Source of the DNA: Candidatus Saccharimonadota bacterium
Lineage (GTDB): Bacteria > Patescibacteriota > Gracilibacteria > Absconditabacterales > Absconditicoccaceae
Direction: 5' to 3'
Assembly: GCA_965231145.1 (NCBI GenBank)
Contig: OZ246420.1
Coordinates: forward strand, 30,001 to 62,000
Length of the DNA stretch: 32,000 bases
The translations under genes were made by a program, and so were the position numbers. A model generated the notes under the pieces. It saw only the letters and a list, made by a program, of their open reading frames with translations. It ran no database searches and had not been told where the DNA came from. Positions 19,598-27,232 of the stretch are shown piece by piece. How positions within the stretch are numbered: the stretch's first letter is position 1; every line of letters starts with the position of its first letter.

Positions 19598-19897
19598 ATG
19601 AAAAAATTTATTGGGATAGTGGCTGTAGTTTTCTTAGTCGCCTCTCTTTGTTGTGCCGCAGCAAACGATAAGTATGAGGTTAGTAGACTGAAGTCAATAT
19701 GCTCTTTATGGAGCAGCCCATCGGACGAGGAATTATCCTCGCTGGACACAGTATCTCGACCTATATACCTTCAAGCTGATAATATACAGCGCTACGATTC
19801 AAGTATGTGTCGCAGATATTCATGGGGAACCTGCTGGGGAGACCATGGGTATTGATGGTATGAGTTTGAGGGAAGATTACTTCCCTCTTTTTTTTAA
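19598..19897 (+). CDS. Small secreted Cys-rich protein (99 aa under code 25; 85 aa if TGA at 19853 terminates)
   Basis: Signal-like MKKFIGIVAVVFLVASLCCAAA, then 4 further Cys. TGA at 19853-19855 is followed by 13 more codons to TAA at 19895-19897, which lies inside the terminator T-run. Confidence 0.6.
19868..19895 (+). terminator. Intrinsic terminator overlapping the code-25 3' end of the 19598 gene
   Basis: Stem GAGGGAAG (19868-19875) / CTTCCCTC (19880-19887) followed by T8. Confidence 0.8.
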
Positions 19898-19956
19898 TCC
19901 CATATTGCAATATATGAGGGAAATAGCTACAAATACGGCGTATTTAGTGATTTTTG

Positions 19957-21888
19957 ATGCACATGATAATAGATCAGTATAAGAAAAAATTTGGTGAGGT
20001 GCTTGCGAGTAAGACAGGGATGGCAGTAGAAGACATTGTACTGCTTATCGAAACGCCACCACAGAGTGATATGGGAGATCTTGCATTTCCTTGTTTTTCA
20101 CTGGCGAAAGCTTTGAAGAAAGCTCCGCCTGCTATTGCCGCTGAATTGACTCAAGGGATGAGGGATGAGGGACAAGGCATGGAGATTAAAGCAATGGGAC
20201 CCTATATTAATGCATTCATAGAGAAATCTGATTTCATAAGCAAAATCCTCCGTCCTCAATGAAGCGAGGACGCCTCCTTTACAAAGAAGGCGTCTACAGA
20301 CAAGGTACTGTTAGAGTACATGAGTTGAAATCCAAATAAGCCGCTTCACGTAGGACATGCAAGAAATGTGTGTCTGGGAGACACACTGCGCCGTATTTTT
20401 GTGGCGCAATGATACGACATCACCTGCTCGCACTACGGTGATGATAGTGGAGTAAATGTCGGGTATAATCTCGTTGGTCACTTGTATTATAATATACCAT
20501 TGGGAACAGAGAAGAAATTTGATCACTACTGTGGTGAAGTCTATCTGCAGATGCGTCAGCGTGATGAAGATACTGAATTTAAGCAGCACTTGAGCGAAAC
20601 ATTGCTTGCAGTAGAGAAAGGAACTGATCCAAAGATCAATGAGCTTCATAAAGAGTATGTGAAGAAGTGTACGATTGAACAGCTTCGTACTTGCTGGAGA
20701 CTTGGTGCATCATTTGATATGATCAACTGGGAAACAGACATCCTGCACCTCAATCTTTTTGAAGAGGCAATGGAGATGCTTAAGAAAAACGGGCATGTAA
20801 AATATATGGAAGATGGAGATGCAAAAGGATGTCGGGTGATAGATCTTTCTTCGCTTCCGGAATATGCGAAAGAAGAAAAACAGTATCAGATATTGGTCAA
20901 ATCGGACGGTGTAGCGACATATGTGGCGAAGGATATTGCTTTTGCGATGTGGAAGCTTGGCTTTCTGAGTAAACAATTTCACTTCTATACGTTTACCCAG
21001 GATCCAACAGGAAAGACGGTCTACTCAACGACGTCTGATGCGAGCAAAGATGAACATAAGGATCTGGGCAATACGAATCTTGCAATCACGATCATCGACT
21101 ATCGCCAGATCCCACCACAAACCGTAGTAAGATCATCGCTGCAACTTATGGGCTTGCTGCGCGCGGACAAAGAGTACCAACCGCTTGGATATGGAGTGCT
21201 TTATCTGACGCCTGCGACATTGCTCCAAGGTGGATTTACGCTGACTGACGAAGAGAAACAGGAGGCTCGTTTGCCGTTTGCATCTCGTAAAGGGTGGACG
21301 GTAACGGTAGACCAGATGCTTGATCTGCTCCACGAAAGAGCCCTTGAGGAAACAAAGAAACGCAATGAAGACAAAGACGATGCGTGGTTGCATATGACTG
21401 CAGAGAAGATTGCTATCTCTGCGCTCAGATTTTTCCTCACAAAGACTGATCTTATGAAGGACATCACATTTGACATAGATGAGGTGCTTGATATGGAGGG
21501 AGAAACGGGAGCTTATGTGTTGTATACGTATGCGAGGCTTAGTAGCGTAATTACCCAAAATCCTCACCCTCATATAGCTGAGGGAGCTCCTTTACCAAAG
21601 GAGCCTGCTTATGATCTATTAAGTGATGAGCTTGAGCGGGAAATAGTGAAAGAGATTGATAAGCTTGAAAGTGTGATGAGCGAGGCGAGAGAGCAGCTCG
21701 CTCCACATCTGATGTGTCGCTATGTCTTGTCTCTTGCTGCTTTGTTCAATAGTTACTATAGCAAAGTGAATATTAAACTCAGTGAAGAGCCGGTGAAAGC
21801 TATGAGATTGCAACTACTTGCTCAACTTCAGAACACACTTCGTACAGCGATGAATATTGTTGGACTGCAGGAGGTAGAGAGAATGTAG
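19957..21888 (+). CDS. argS: Arginyl-tRNA synthetase
   Basis: HIGH region S-G-NPNKPLHVGHARNV, with Gly encoded by TGA. Also AQ-G-YD, the class I core, the anticodon-binding end ...YYSKVNI... and the terminal ...QEVERM typical of ArgRS. Fragments 19954-20262 and 20482-21888 share a frame. The start could be ATG 19957 or 19963. TAG stop at 21886-21888. Confidence 0.92.
20242..20299 (+). repeat. Two-hairpin repeat element, copy 2, inside the argS reading frame (encodes KILRPQGSEDASFTKKASTD)
   Basis: AAAATCCTCCGTCCTCAATGAAGCGAGGACGCCTCCTTTACAAAGAAGGCGTCTACAG. Collinear with copy 1, with compensatory stem changes (GTCCACA/TGTGGAC versus CGTCCTC/GAGGACG). Confidence 0.8.
21557..21612 (+). repeat. 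Two-hairpin repeat element, copy 3, inside the argS reading frame (encodes QNPHPHIAEGAPLPKEPAY) in a different frame from copy 2
   Basis: AAAATCCTCACCCTCATATAGCTGAGGGAGCTCCTTTACCAAAGGAGCCTGCTTAT. Hairpins CCCTCA/TGAGGG and GCTCCTTT/AAAGGAGC. Confidence 0.8.
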
Positions 21889-21900
21889 TGCACTACACGC

Positions 21901-21935
21901 AATTCTAAATGTTAAATTTTAAACAACATAAGGAG
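21901..21935 (+). repeat. AT-rich AATTCTAAAT-type module, copy C (3' of argS), ends in ATAAGGAG
   Basis: aattctaaatgttaaattttaaacaacataaggag, starting 13 nt after the argS stop. Confidence 0.7.
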
Positions 21936-22002
21936 TGTTAATAAATATATTTACCCATTCCTATCAGCATGTCTTGGAGCGGGGATATAGTTCGTTTGAG
22001 AA

Positions 22003-22031
22003 ATAAAAAAGAGCCGTAAGGCTCTTTTTCT
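22003..22031. terminator. Bidirectional intrinsic terminator between convergent argS and the 22032-22595 gene
   Basis: Stem AGAGCC (22010-22015) / GGCTCT (22020-22025), with an A-run upstream and a T-run downstream. Confidence 0.75.
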
Positions 22032-22595
22032 TTATTGGTTTTTTTCCATATTATCGAGCCAGTATTGTTGAAAGTTTTTGTGCTCTGAATGGTAGGTAAA
22101 CATGGCTTGTAGAAGTTCGAGAGATCTTTCAGTAAATGTCTCGTCCTTTAGATCCATGTCATCAGTGTATATTCTGCCGTTATCAAATTTTACAGACAAT
22201 ACACGATTTGAAAGTTCTCACTCTTCGTCGGGTTTCTGAAAAATAAGCTCATATCTATTGTAGTTAGTTTCCCATTTGATAGTAGAAAAAACATATTTTT
22301 TGTCTGTATCGGGAAACTGAATATATGTATCGTGGAACATCTTATTGAATCTTTTTTCAAATGTCGCTTTAGCATTGTTATTGAGCTCTTGTTCTTCGCG
22401 TCCGGCTTGTTCATGGCTCATAAATTGTTTCATGGGAAAACTTTCTGTTTGCCACAAAAGGAGAGCTTCCTTCATGAGTTTTTTGTCTACCCGCTTTTCG
22501 AAAGGATTTGTTCTCTCTGGAATTTTCTCGATCTTTTCTTTCGATGAGCGTCATGTAAGTGACAACAATGTGTTTAGTCCCATGGTGTTTTTCAT
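22032..22595 (-). CDS. Hypothetical cytoplasmic protein (187 aa)
   Basis: Frame of ORF 22218-22475 extended through TGA at 22218 and 22551. ATG at 22595 lies about 18 nt downstream of a consensus promoter. TAA stop at 22032-22034. No family recognised. Confidence 0.55.
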
Positions 22596-22612
22596 ATATG
22601 ATGAATAGTATA

Positions 22613-22641
22613 ATTATACGGATTTGAGCAATTTGTGTCAA
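22613..22641 (-). promoter_or_regulatory. Consensus promoter of the 22032-22595 gene
   Basis: On the minus strand: TTGACA (22641-22636), a 17-nt spacer, then TATAAT (22618-22613). Confidence 0.7.
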
Positions 22642-22656
22642 ATATGTCACAAAGTC

Positions 22657-22684
22657 TTGCAATGAGCGTTATTAAGGGTATAAG
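22657..22684 (+). promoter_or_regulatory. Candidate promoter of the 22717 gene (divergent from the previous promoter)
   Basis: TTGCAA (22657-22662), a 16-nt spacer, then TATAAG (22679-22684). Confidence 0.45.
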
Positions 22685-22716
22685 GCGGTCGATTTAGTTC
22701 ATAACCCCTCTAAACA

Positions 22717-23526
22717 ATGACGAAAAAGATATTAGTGAGCGCGTTTTTAGCGCTGTTTGGTCTGGCTATGACCAATATTACGTTAGCAAATCATGAGGAT
22801 GTGATGTGTACTCAACAATATGCTCCAGTATGTGGCGAAGTACAAGTGCAGTGTATCAAAGCACCATGTTATCCAGTAAAGCAAACGTTTGGTAATGCAT
22901 GTATGGCGGGAGCTGCTCATGCGACAAATATTAAGGAAGGAGAATGTGACGGAACTCCATATAATCGTTTGGCAAATACAGCATGGAAACTCCAGTCGTT
23001 CGATGGGGATGTGGTAACAGCAAAAGCAACGCTTTCGTTTGACTCAGACAAGCTTTCAGCAAGTGTTTGTAATAGCAAATCAGCATCATATGAGGTTTCA
23101 GGAAGCACACTTCTTGTTGGACCAATGATGAGTACGCTTATGTTTTGCGAAGGTCCTTTAGGAACATATGAAACAGCGTTTGATCTTTCAGGTGCGAACT
23201 ATGAGTTCTCAACTGAAGGTGGAAATCATCTTATGATAACGACAGATGCAGGACATCAGTTCCAGTGGATGAAAGTTGGTGCAGATACTCCTAAGCCAAG
23301 CACAGCATCGCAAGACAGAAGATATGGATTTATTTTTTGGCAGATACATCAGATAGAGAAGTTGAAAGGGTATGATACTGTAGAAGAGAAACAAGCATTT
23401 ATTATGTCTCTTATAGAAAAGATTAACGATATCATGATCAGAAGCTCTATGACTCCATCTCAAAATGCGGCTATGATGTTTCTCAAGAATGCATTTCAGT
23501 ACTACTATGATTACAAAATATCGTAA
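22717..23526 (+). CDS. Secreted protein with Kazal-like Cys-rich module and META (HslJ-like) domain (269 aa)
   Basis: Signal peptide MTKKILVSAFLALFGLAMTNITLA. Kazal-like CTQQYAPVCGEVQVQCIKAPCYPVKQTFGNACMAGAAHATNIKEGEC. META-like WKLQSFDG...ATLSFDSDKLSASVCNSKSASYEVSGSTLLVGPMMSTLMFCEG. No TGA codons. TAA stop. Confidence 0.75.
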   Translation: MTKKILVSAFLALFGLAMTNITLANHEDVMCTQQYAPVCGEVQVQCIKAPCYPVKQTFGNACMAGAAHATNIKEGECDGTPYNRLANTAWKLQSFDGDVVTAKATLSFDSDKLSASVCNSKSASYEVSGSTLLVGPMMSTLMFCEGPLGTYETAFDLSGANYEFSTEGGNHLMITTDAGHQFQWMKVGADTPKPSTASQDRRYGFIFWQIHQIEKLKGYDTVEEKQAFIMSLIEKINDIMIRSSMTPSQNAAMMFLKNAFQYYYDYKIS

Positions 23527-23529
23527 TCT

Positions 23530-23572
23530 TTAATTTTAAATGCTAAATTTTGAATTTTAAATTGAATAAGGA
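23530..23572 (+). repeat. AT-rich AATTCTAAAT-type module, copy D (3' of the 22717 gene), ends in ATAAGGAG
   Basis: taattttaaatgctaaattttgaattttaaattgaataaggag, starting 4 nt after the stop. Confidence 0.75.
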
Positions 23573-23602
23573 GTAATCATTGATTGTGTTTTGTGAATAT
23601 AA

Positions 23603-23631
23603 GAAAATCGCCCCTACAGGGGCGATTTTTG
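23603..23631. terminator. Bidirectional intrinsic terminator between the 22717 gene and the MIP channel gene
   Basis: Stem ATCGCCCC (23607-23614) / GGGGCGAT (23619-23626), with A4 upstream and T4-5 downstream. Confidence 0.75.
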
Positions 23632-23638
23632 TATTATC

Positions 23639-23695
23639 TAAATTCTCACCCTCGCATTAGATGAGGGAGCTCCTTTACAAAGGAGACTTCTATAG
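23639..23695 (+). repeat. Two-hairpin repeat element, copy 4 (intergenic, ends 4 nt from the MIP gene stop)
   Basis: TAAATTCTCACCCTCGCATTAGATGAGGGAGCTCCTTTACAAAGGAGACTTCTATAG. Confidence 0.85.
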
Positions 23696-23699
23696 TTTT

Positions 23700-24314
23700 C
23701 TAGTCGTCCGAGAGAGAAATGAGGCCTCCAGCAATAGCACCTCCGAGAAGAGTTGCGAGAAGATAGATCCAGAGATAAGAGAGAGAAAGACCTCCATTGA
23801 AGATATCTACGAGTATGGGTCCTGTAGCAACAGCAGGATTGAACACGCCGCCAGTTACCCTTCCGACACACATGATACCTACAAAGACAGTCAAACCGAT
23901 CGCAAGTCCCCAGTAGCTGTTACCTGCAGTTTTCTTTGAAACAGCAACGAGATAGACAAGCATGGCAAGGAGAAATGTGAAGATGAACTCTCCACTGAGG
24001 ATTGCCCAGATAGAAACTCCGTCACTTGGGAGGATGAGCATCGTAGAACCTTTGATAGCCCAATAGATGAGCGCTCCAACTACCGCTCAGATGATCTGCC
24101 ATACCCAGTATTTTACCGCTTCACCCCACGTTACCTTCTTTGCAACAGCGAGTGAGAGTGTTACTGCTGGATTGAGATGCCCGCCAGAGATAGCTCCTGT
24201 CGCGTAGACAAGGATCATAAGCGCAACTCCTACTGTAAGTGCATCACCACCGCTAAGACCGATGATAAGCACGAAGAAGAGTGTACCAAGCATTTCTGCC
24301 ATATATCTTTTCAT
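23700..24314 (-). CDS. MIP family channel (aquaporin/glycerol facilitator-like, 204 aa)
   Basis: Two NPA boxes (GGHLNPAVT and GGVFNPAVA). Fragments 24087-24380 and 23700-24041 share a frame and join through TGA at 24087. The start is taken at [11 protein letters not shown] (ATG 24314). TAG stop at 23700-23702. Confidence 0.85.
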
Positions 24315-24402
24315 GAGAAAGGAATAAATGATAAAAGGATAAAAATGTGATAGCGTTCTTGGTGTGGGTTGCAATACCAAATGAAATCAGTACAACAATA
24401 AC

Positions 24403-24465
24403 AACTTAAAACTTAAACCATAAAACTAAAACTGGTTTTGAGTTTTCAGTCTTTAGTTTTTAGTT
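24403..24465. repeat. AACTTAAAAC-type word repeats containing a near-perfect palindrome, between divergent genes
   Basis: aacttaaaacttaaaccataAAAACTAAAACtgGTTTTGAGTTTTcagtctttagtttttagtt. The palindrome is at 24422-24446. The right half is the reverse complement of the tract at 26572-26606. Confidence 0.6.
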
Positions 24466-24466
24466 A

Positions 24467-24883
24467 ATGAGTATGAAAGACGGACTTAAGAGAACGCTCT
24501 CAGTTATCCTAGGAGCGATCGGTATAGCATATATTGTGTGGATGATGGCGCAACAACAAACATTTGTTATAGACTCGCTTATCCCATATCAGATGATCGT
24601 AGGCGTAGGATTTATCGTTTTCTTTGCAATATTTATCTTTGCTCTTGGACTCAAGCCAGTTGCAGTCAAAAGGCTTAAGTGGTGGGTGGTTCTCTATGCG
24701 ATTGTGCTTATATTCCTTGGAAATTATATGCTTATCGATAACGCAGCACAGGGAGTATTTGCAGGAGATCTTATCGTACTTCTCGGTGTTATTATTTTCT
24801 TTCTTGGTCTCGCTGGAGTGCTTCTCACGAAGAAGGTAAAACAGGAGGTTGAAAAGGCAATGCAGGAGATCATCGAAGTCTAA
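24467..24883 (+). CDS. Hypothetical integral membrane protein (138 aa, about 4 TM)
   Basis: Uninterrupted ORF with four hydrophobic segments and a TAA stop. The stop lies in the loop of the hairpin ATCGAAGTC-taatc-GACTTCGAT. Confidence 0.7.
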   Translation: MSMKDGLKRTLSVILGAIGIAYIVWMMAQQQTFVIDSLIPYQMIVGVGFIVFFAIFIFALGLKPVAVKRLKWWVVLYAIVLIFLGNYMLIDNAAQGVFAGDLIVLLGVIIFFLGLAGVLLTKKVKQEVEKAMQEIIEV

Positions 24884-24892
24884 TCGACTTCG

Positions 24893-24937
24893 ATAATTCT
24901 ACATTTTGAATGCTAAATTCTAAATATAATAAGGAAG
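24893..24937 (+). repeat. AT-rich AATTCTAAAT-type module, copy E (3' of the 24467 gene), ends in ATAAGGAAG
   Basis: ataattctacattttgaatgctaaattctaaatataataaggaag. Confidence 0.75.
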
Positions 24938-24946
24938 TATTTATTC

Positions 24947-24974
24947 TTGTTCTGGCAAGTAAAATGTATATACT
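24947..24974 (+). promoter_or_regulatory. Candidate promoter of tRNA-Gly
   Basis: TTGTTC (24947-24952), a 16-nt spacer, then TATACT (24969-24974). The tRNA starts 12 nt later. Confidence 0.45.
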
Positions 24975-24985
24975 TGCTAGTACAT

Positions 24986-25062
24986 GCGGAATTAGCTCAA
25001 TTGGCTAGAGCGCGTCCTTGCCAAGGACGAGGTTGCGAGTTCGACCCTCGTATTCCGCTCCA
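24986..25062 (+). tRNA. tRNA-Gly (anticodon GCC), CCA encoded
   Basis: Acceptor arm GCGGAAT/ATTCCGC. Anticodon stem CGTCC/GGACG with loop TT-GCC-AA. T-arm GCGAGTTCGACCCTCGT. 3' TCCA. This is not the UCA suppressor-type tRNA expected for UGA decoding. Confidence 0.9.
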
Positions 25063-25064
25063 AG

Positions 25065-25092
25065 AAACAACGCTTACGGGTGTTGTTTTTTT
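25065..25092 (+). terminator. Intrinsic terminator after tRNA-Gly
   Basis: Stem ACAACGC (25067-25073) / GGGTGTTGT region (25078-25086, with G-U pairs), followed by T6-7. Confidence 0.55.
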
Positions 25093-25095
25093 GTT

Positions 25096-25123
25096 ATAAA
25101 AAAACTCCTTCTGGGATCAGAAG
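25096..25123 (-). terminator. Intrinsic terminator at the 3' end of the 25117-25701 gene; the hairpin contains its terminal TGA
   Basis: On the minus strand: CTTCTG-atcc-CAGAAG (25123-25108), then GAGTTTTTTTAT. Confidence 0.55.
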
Positions 25124-25701
25124 AAGTACGTGTAGGCCATACACAGGATGTAAATGGCGCTCATGAAGACGCCGTAGCCGGGAATGATGAGATTCTCTTT
25201 GCTCTTTTTTTCTTTGTTGATCTGCCTTATGAGTAAGGCGTAAGAGATGAGATTTACCAGCCAAAAGGTCATGTGAGAAACGTTGAAGTCGCCAGGATGC
25301 GATATGATGGCGGTAATGTACATATAGGCACCAATGCAGTAAGCTGCTATTTGTCCCCATAAGCCAAATGTTCGGTTCTTGACTATCTTGCGTGAGATGA
25401 TGAATGCCCCAGCAGAAATAGCAATCATGGCAACATACGCGCTCTTTAGTTCTCCCATATTGTGAAAGAACTTTGCCGAAAGGAACACGTACGTGACCAC
25501 TTTGGTGGTCCATAGCGCTACGCCTACCTTGTCTTTAGTAAGTAGTATTTCTGTGAGAATAATGCCTGCAGTGATGTTGAACGTCAGGAATCCCCAGAAT
25601 GAGCCATGGCCGCCAGTAGCGAAGAATAGTATGAGAAACGCCAGCGCATTGAGCGCTATCTGAATGGCGTCTCGCTGTGAAATATTTCGTAGTATTTTCA
25701 T
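25117..25701 (-). CDS. Hypothetical polytopic membrane protein (194 aa to the TGA; strict code-25 reading extends to TAG at 24913-24915)
   Basis: Uninterrupted hydrophobic ORF ending ...CMAYTYFF-TGA. Under UGA = Gly, 67 further codons run through the terminator and antisense across tRNA-Gly. The body of the gene is confident. The 3' end is unresolved. Confidence 0.6.
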   Translation of the reverse strand: MKILRNISQRDAIQIALNALAFLILFFATGGHGSFWGFLTFNITAGIILTEILLTKDKVGVALWTTKVVTYVFLSAKFFHNMGELKSAYVAMIAISAGAFIISRKIVKNRTFGLWGQIAAYCIGAYMYITAIISHPGDFNVSHMTFWLVNLISYALLIRQINKEKKSKENLIIPGYGVFMSAIYILCMAYTYFF

Positions 25702-25768
25702 ATTGGTTGTGTTTGAATTGATATTCTACTTAGCAGAAATTATAAGTCAATAGCTGCTAAGCGAGCTC

Positions 25769-25797
25769 TTGCAAAACATTTTTACTCCTTTATATAT
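25769..25797 (+). promoter_or_regulatory. Candidate promoter for the small + strand gene at 25828
   Basis: TTGCAA (25769-25774), a 16-nt spacer, then TATATA (25791-25796). An upstream inverted repeat CTTAGCAG (25729-25736) / CTGCTAAG (25754-25761) could be an operator. Confidence 0.4.
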
Positions 25798-25827
25798 GAA
25801 ACTACTTTATCTTTTTTTTCTTTTCTC

Positions 25828-25995
25828 ATGACAGAAAAAAATGGTGGCGGTAATCTTACGGTAGCAATTATTATTGCGCTTATCGTCGGTATCGTGGTAT
25901 ACTTTCTTATAGATGCAAAGCCAGTAGGCGAAGTGCATGCGCCAACAACGATGAGCAGTGGCATGGTAACTACTGGTAGTGTTACTGGTTCATAA
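25828..25995 (+). CDS. Small single-TM protein (55 aa), below the ORF-track cutoff
   Basis: MTEKNGGGNLTVAIIIALIVGIVVYFLIDAKPVGEVHAPTTMSSGMVTTGSVTGS. Preferred over the antisense ORF 25782-26015 because of the upstream + strand promoter and the clean N-in TM layout. Strand choice is uncertain. Confidence 0.45.
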   Translation: MTEKNGGGNLTVAIIIALIVGIVVYFLIDAKPVGEVHAPTTMSSGMVTTGSVTGS

Positions 25996-26066
25996 TTTGT
26001 AATATAGATTTGCAAATGAGAGACGCATGATAATGTCTCTTTACAATTTATTATTCATTACAGTCG

Positions 26067-26570
26067 ATGTACGACCAACACTCACATCATTACGAACATC
26101 ATCACCAGCGTGCTCATTACACACATCCATGGGCTTTTCTTAAGCAACTGGAAAACATGGGTGATGAGTATCTTGTTAGAAAAGCGCCATGGATCCTTCC
26201 TCATAATCGGAAGGCGGCTATCGCTAAAGTGCTTCCTGTGCTTGCGCTTATCATAGCAATTGTTTCCATACCACATATTATCTCGTCTGCGCTTTACTTG
26301 CTGGGTCTAGGAGGGTGGTTCGTTGGAGGTTATGATAGATCATACATCATGACGCTAATCCAAACACTCATTGCTGTGCTTGTTGCAGCGTTCTATTTCA
26401 GAGCTTTTGATCGTCTCAGAAAAAGGCAATATTCGTGATGGGTGTATACATTTTATGCCATTTTACTTTCGCTTATAGGTAATGTGCTCGATGGAGGTGT
26501 CTTCCGGGCGATCGTCAGCTTCCTCTTAACTATGTATCTCTTATTTCAGGCGAAGGAAATCTATCGCTAA
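26067..26570 (+). CDS. Hypothetical membrane protein with His-rich N-terminus (167 aa)
   Basis: MYDQHSHHYEHHHQRAHYTH..., then 3-4 TM segments. TGA at 26436 is read as Gly and continues into a further TM segment (WVYTFYAILLSLIGNVL...). TAA at 26568-26570. Confidence 0.7.
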
Positions 26571-26612
26571 TTAACTAAAAACTTAAAACCTAAAGCTGAA
26601 AACTTAAATATT
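26571..26612 (+). repeat. AACTTAAAAC-type word-repeat tract 3' of the 26067 gene
   Basis: ttaactaaaaacttaaaacctaaagctgaaaacttaaatattg. Related to 24403-24465 and 18688-18722. Confidence 0.6.
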
Positions 26613-26643
26613 GAAAAAATCATCCGTAAAGGGATGATTTTTC
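26613..26643. terminator. Bidirectional intrinsic terminator between the 26067 gene and VKOR
   Basis: Stem ATCATCC (26619-26625) / GGATGAT (26632-26638), with an A-run upstream and a T-run downstream. Confidence 0.75.
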
Positions 26644-26651
26644 ATAGTAAT

Positions 26652-27092
26652 TTATTGTGTTTCATCTTCTGTTCTCCCAATGAGAGAGAGGACGAATATG
26701 GTGATGATGATTCATGTGCATAATAAGCAGAGTGGGCAAAATGCTTTTATGACAATAGCTTCTGTCATGATAAAGTAGCTATTGAATAATATGCCGGCCA
26801 TAGAAAGATAGGTAAGAATGTTTGCGGCATGACTATATTTTTTACGACGAATGCCCCAGAGCGCAATAAGAAAAATGATAGGATAGACTGCGATCGCAAC
26901 AGCAGGAAATGGAATTGGGCCGAGCCATGCTTCCTGAGCAGCCAATACATTTGAGCATGACAAGTTATTGGTTAGATCACAAAATCCTTCTGCGGATGAT
27001 CATCCTTTAATTTCAAAAGCTCTTCGGGTGAGATAACTTGCATTGGTGAGCGCTATAAGAGAAAGGATACATATGGTTAATAATTTTTTCAT
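26652..27092 (-). CDS. Vitamin K epoxide reductase (VKOR) family thiol oxidoreductase (146 aa)
   Basis: MKKLLTICILSLIALTNASYL...FCDLTNNLSCSNVLAAQEAWLGPIPFPAVAIAVY...FCPLCLLCT-G-IIITIF. A loop Cys pair plus a CxxC motif in a TM segment. In-frame TGA at 27000 and 26712. TAA at 26652-26654. Confidence 0.8.
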
Positions 27093-27232
27093 GTGCGTAA
27101 AAAGAAGAGATAAAGATGTTAGTTTTGTCTTTCATTTTTGCGCTTAGGGTGTTCTTTTATGACATCCCACATAATATAAGTAAGATAGATGGTTTTATAG
27201 TGCATATGCTATATGAAAAAGGATATAATGAA

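Noticed and set aside
20242-21612. The two argS-internal repeat copies as an intein, an intron or a frameshift site.
   Set aside because: They are far too short for inteins or group I/II introns. The frame continues through them without stops, and the flanking ArgRS motifs remain in the same frame.
22411-22662. Minus-strand ORF of 83 aa overlapping the start region of the 22032-22595 gene.
   Set aside because: It is in a different frame from the longer code-25 ORF, and it would begin upstream of the consensus promoter at 22613-22641.
19390-25062. tRNA-Thr and tRNA-Gly as boundaries of a genomic island or integrated element.
   Set aside because: The interval contains argS, an MIP channel and ordinary small genes. 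No integrase, transposase, direct repeat of a tRNA 3' end or phage gene was seen.
25782-26015. Minus-strand 77-aa ORF.
   Set aside because: It is antisense to a 55-aa + strand ORF that has a clean single TM helix and an upstream + strand promoter-like element. I kept the + strand call, at low confidence.
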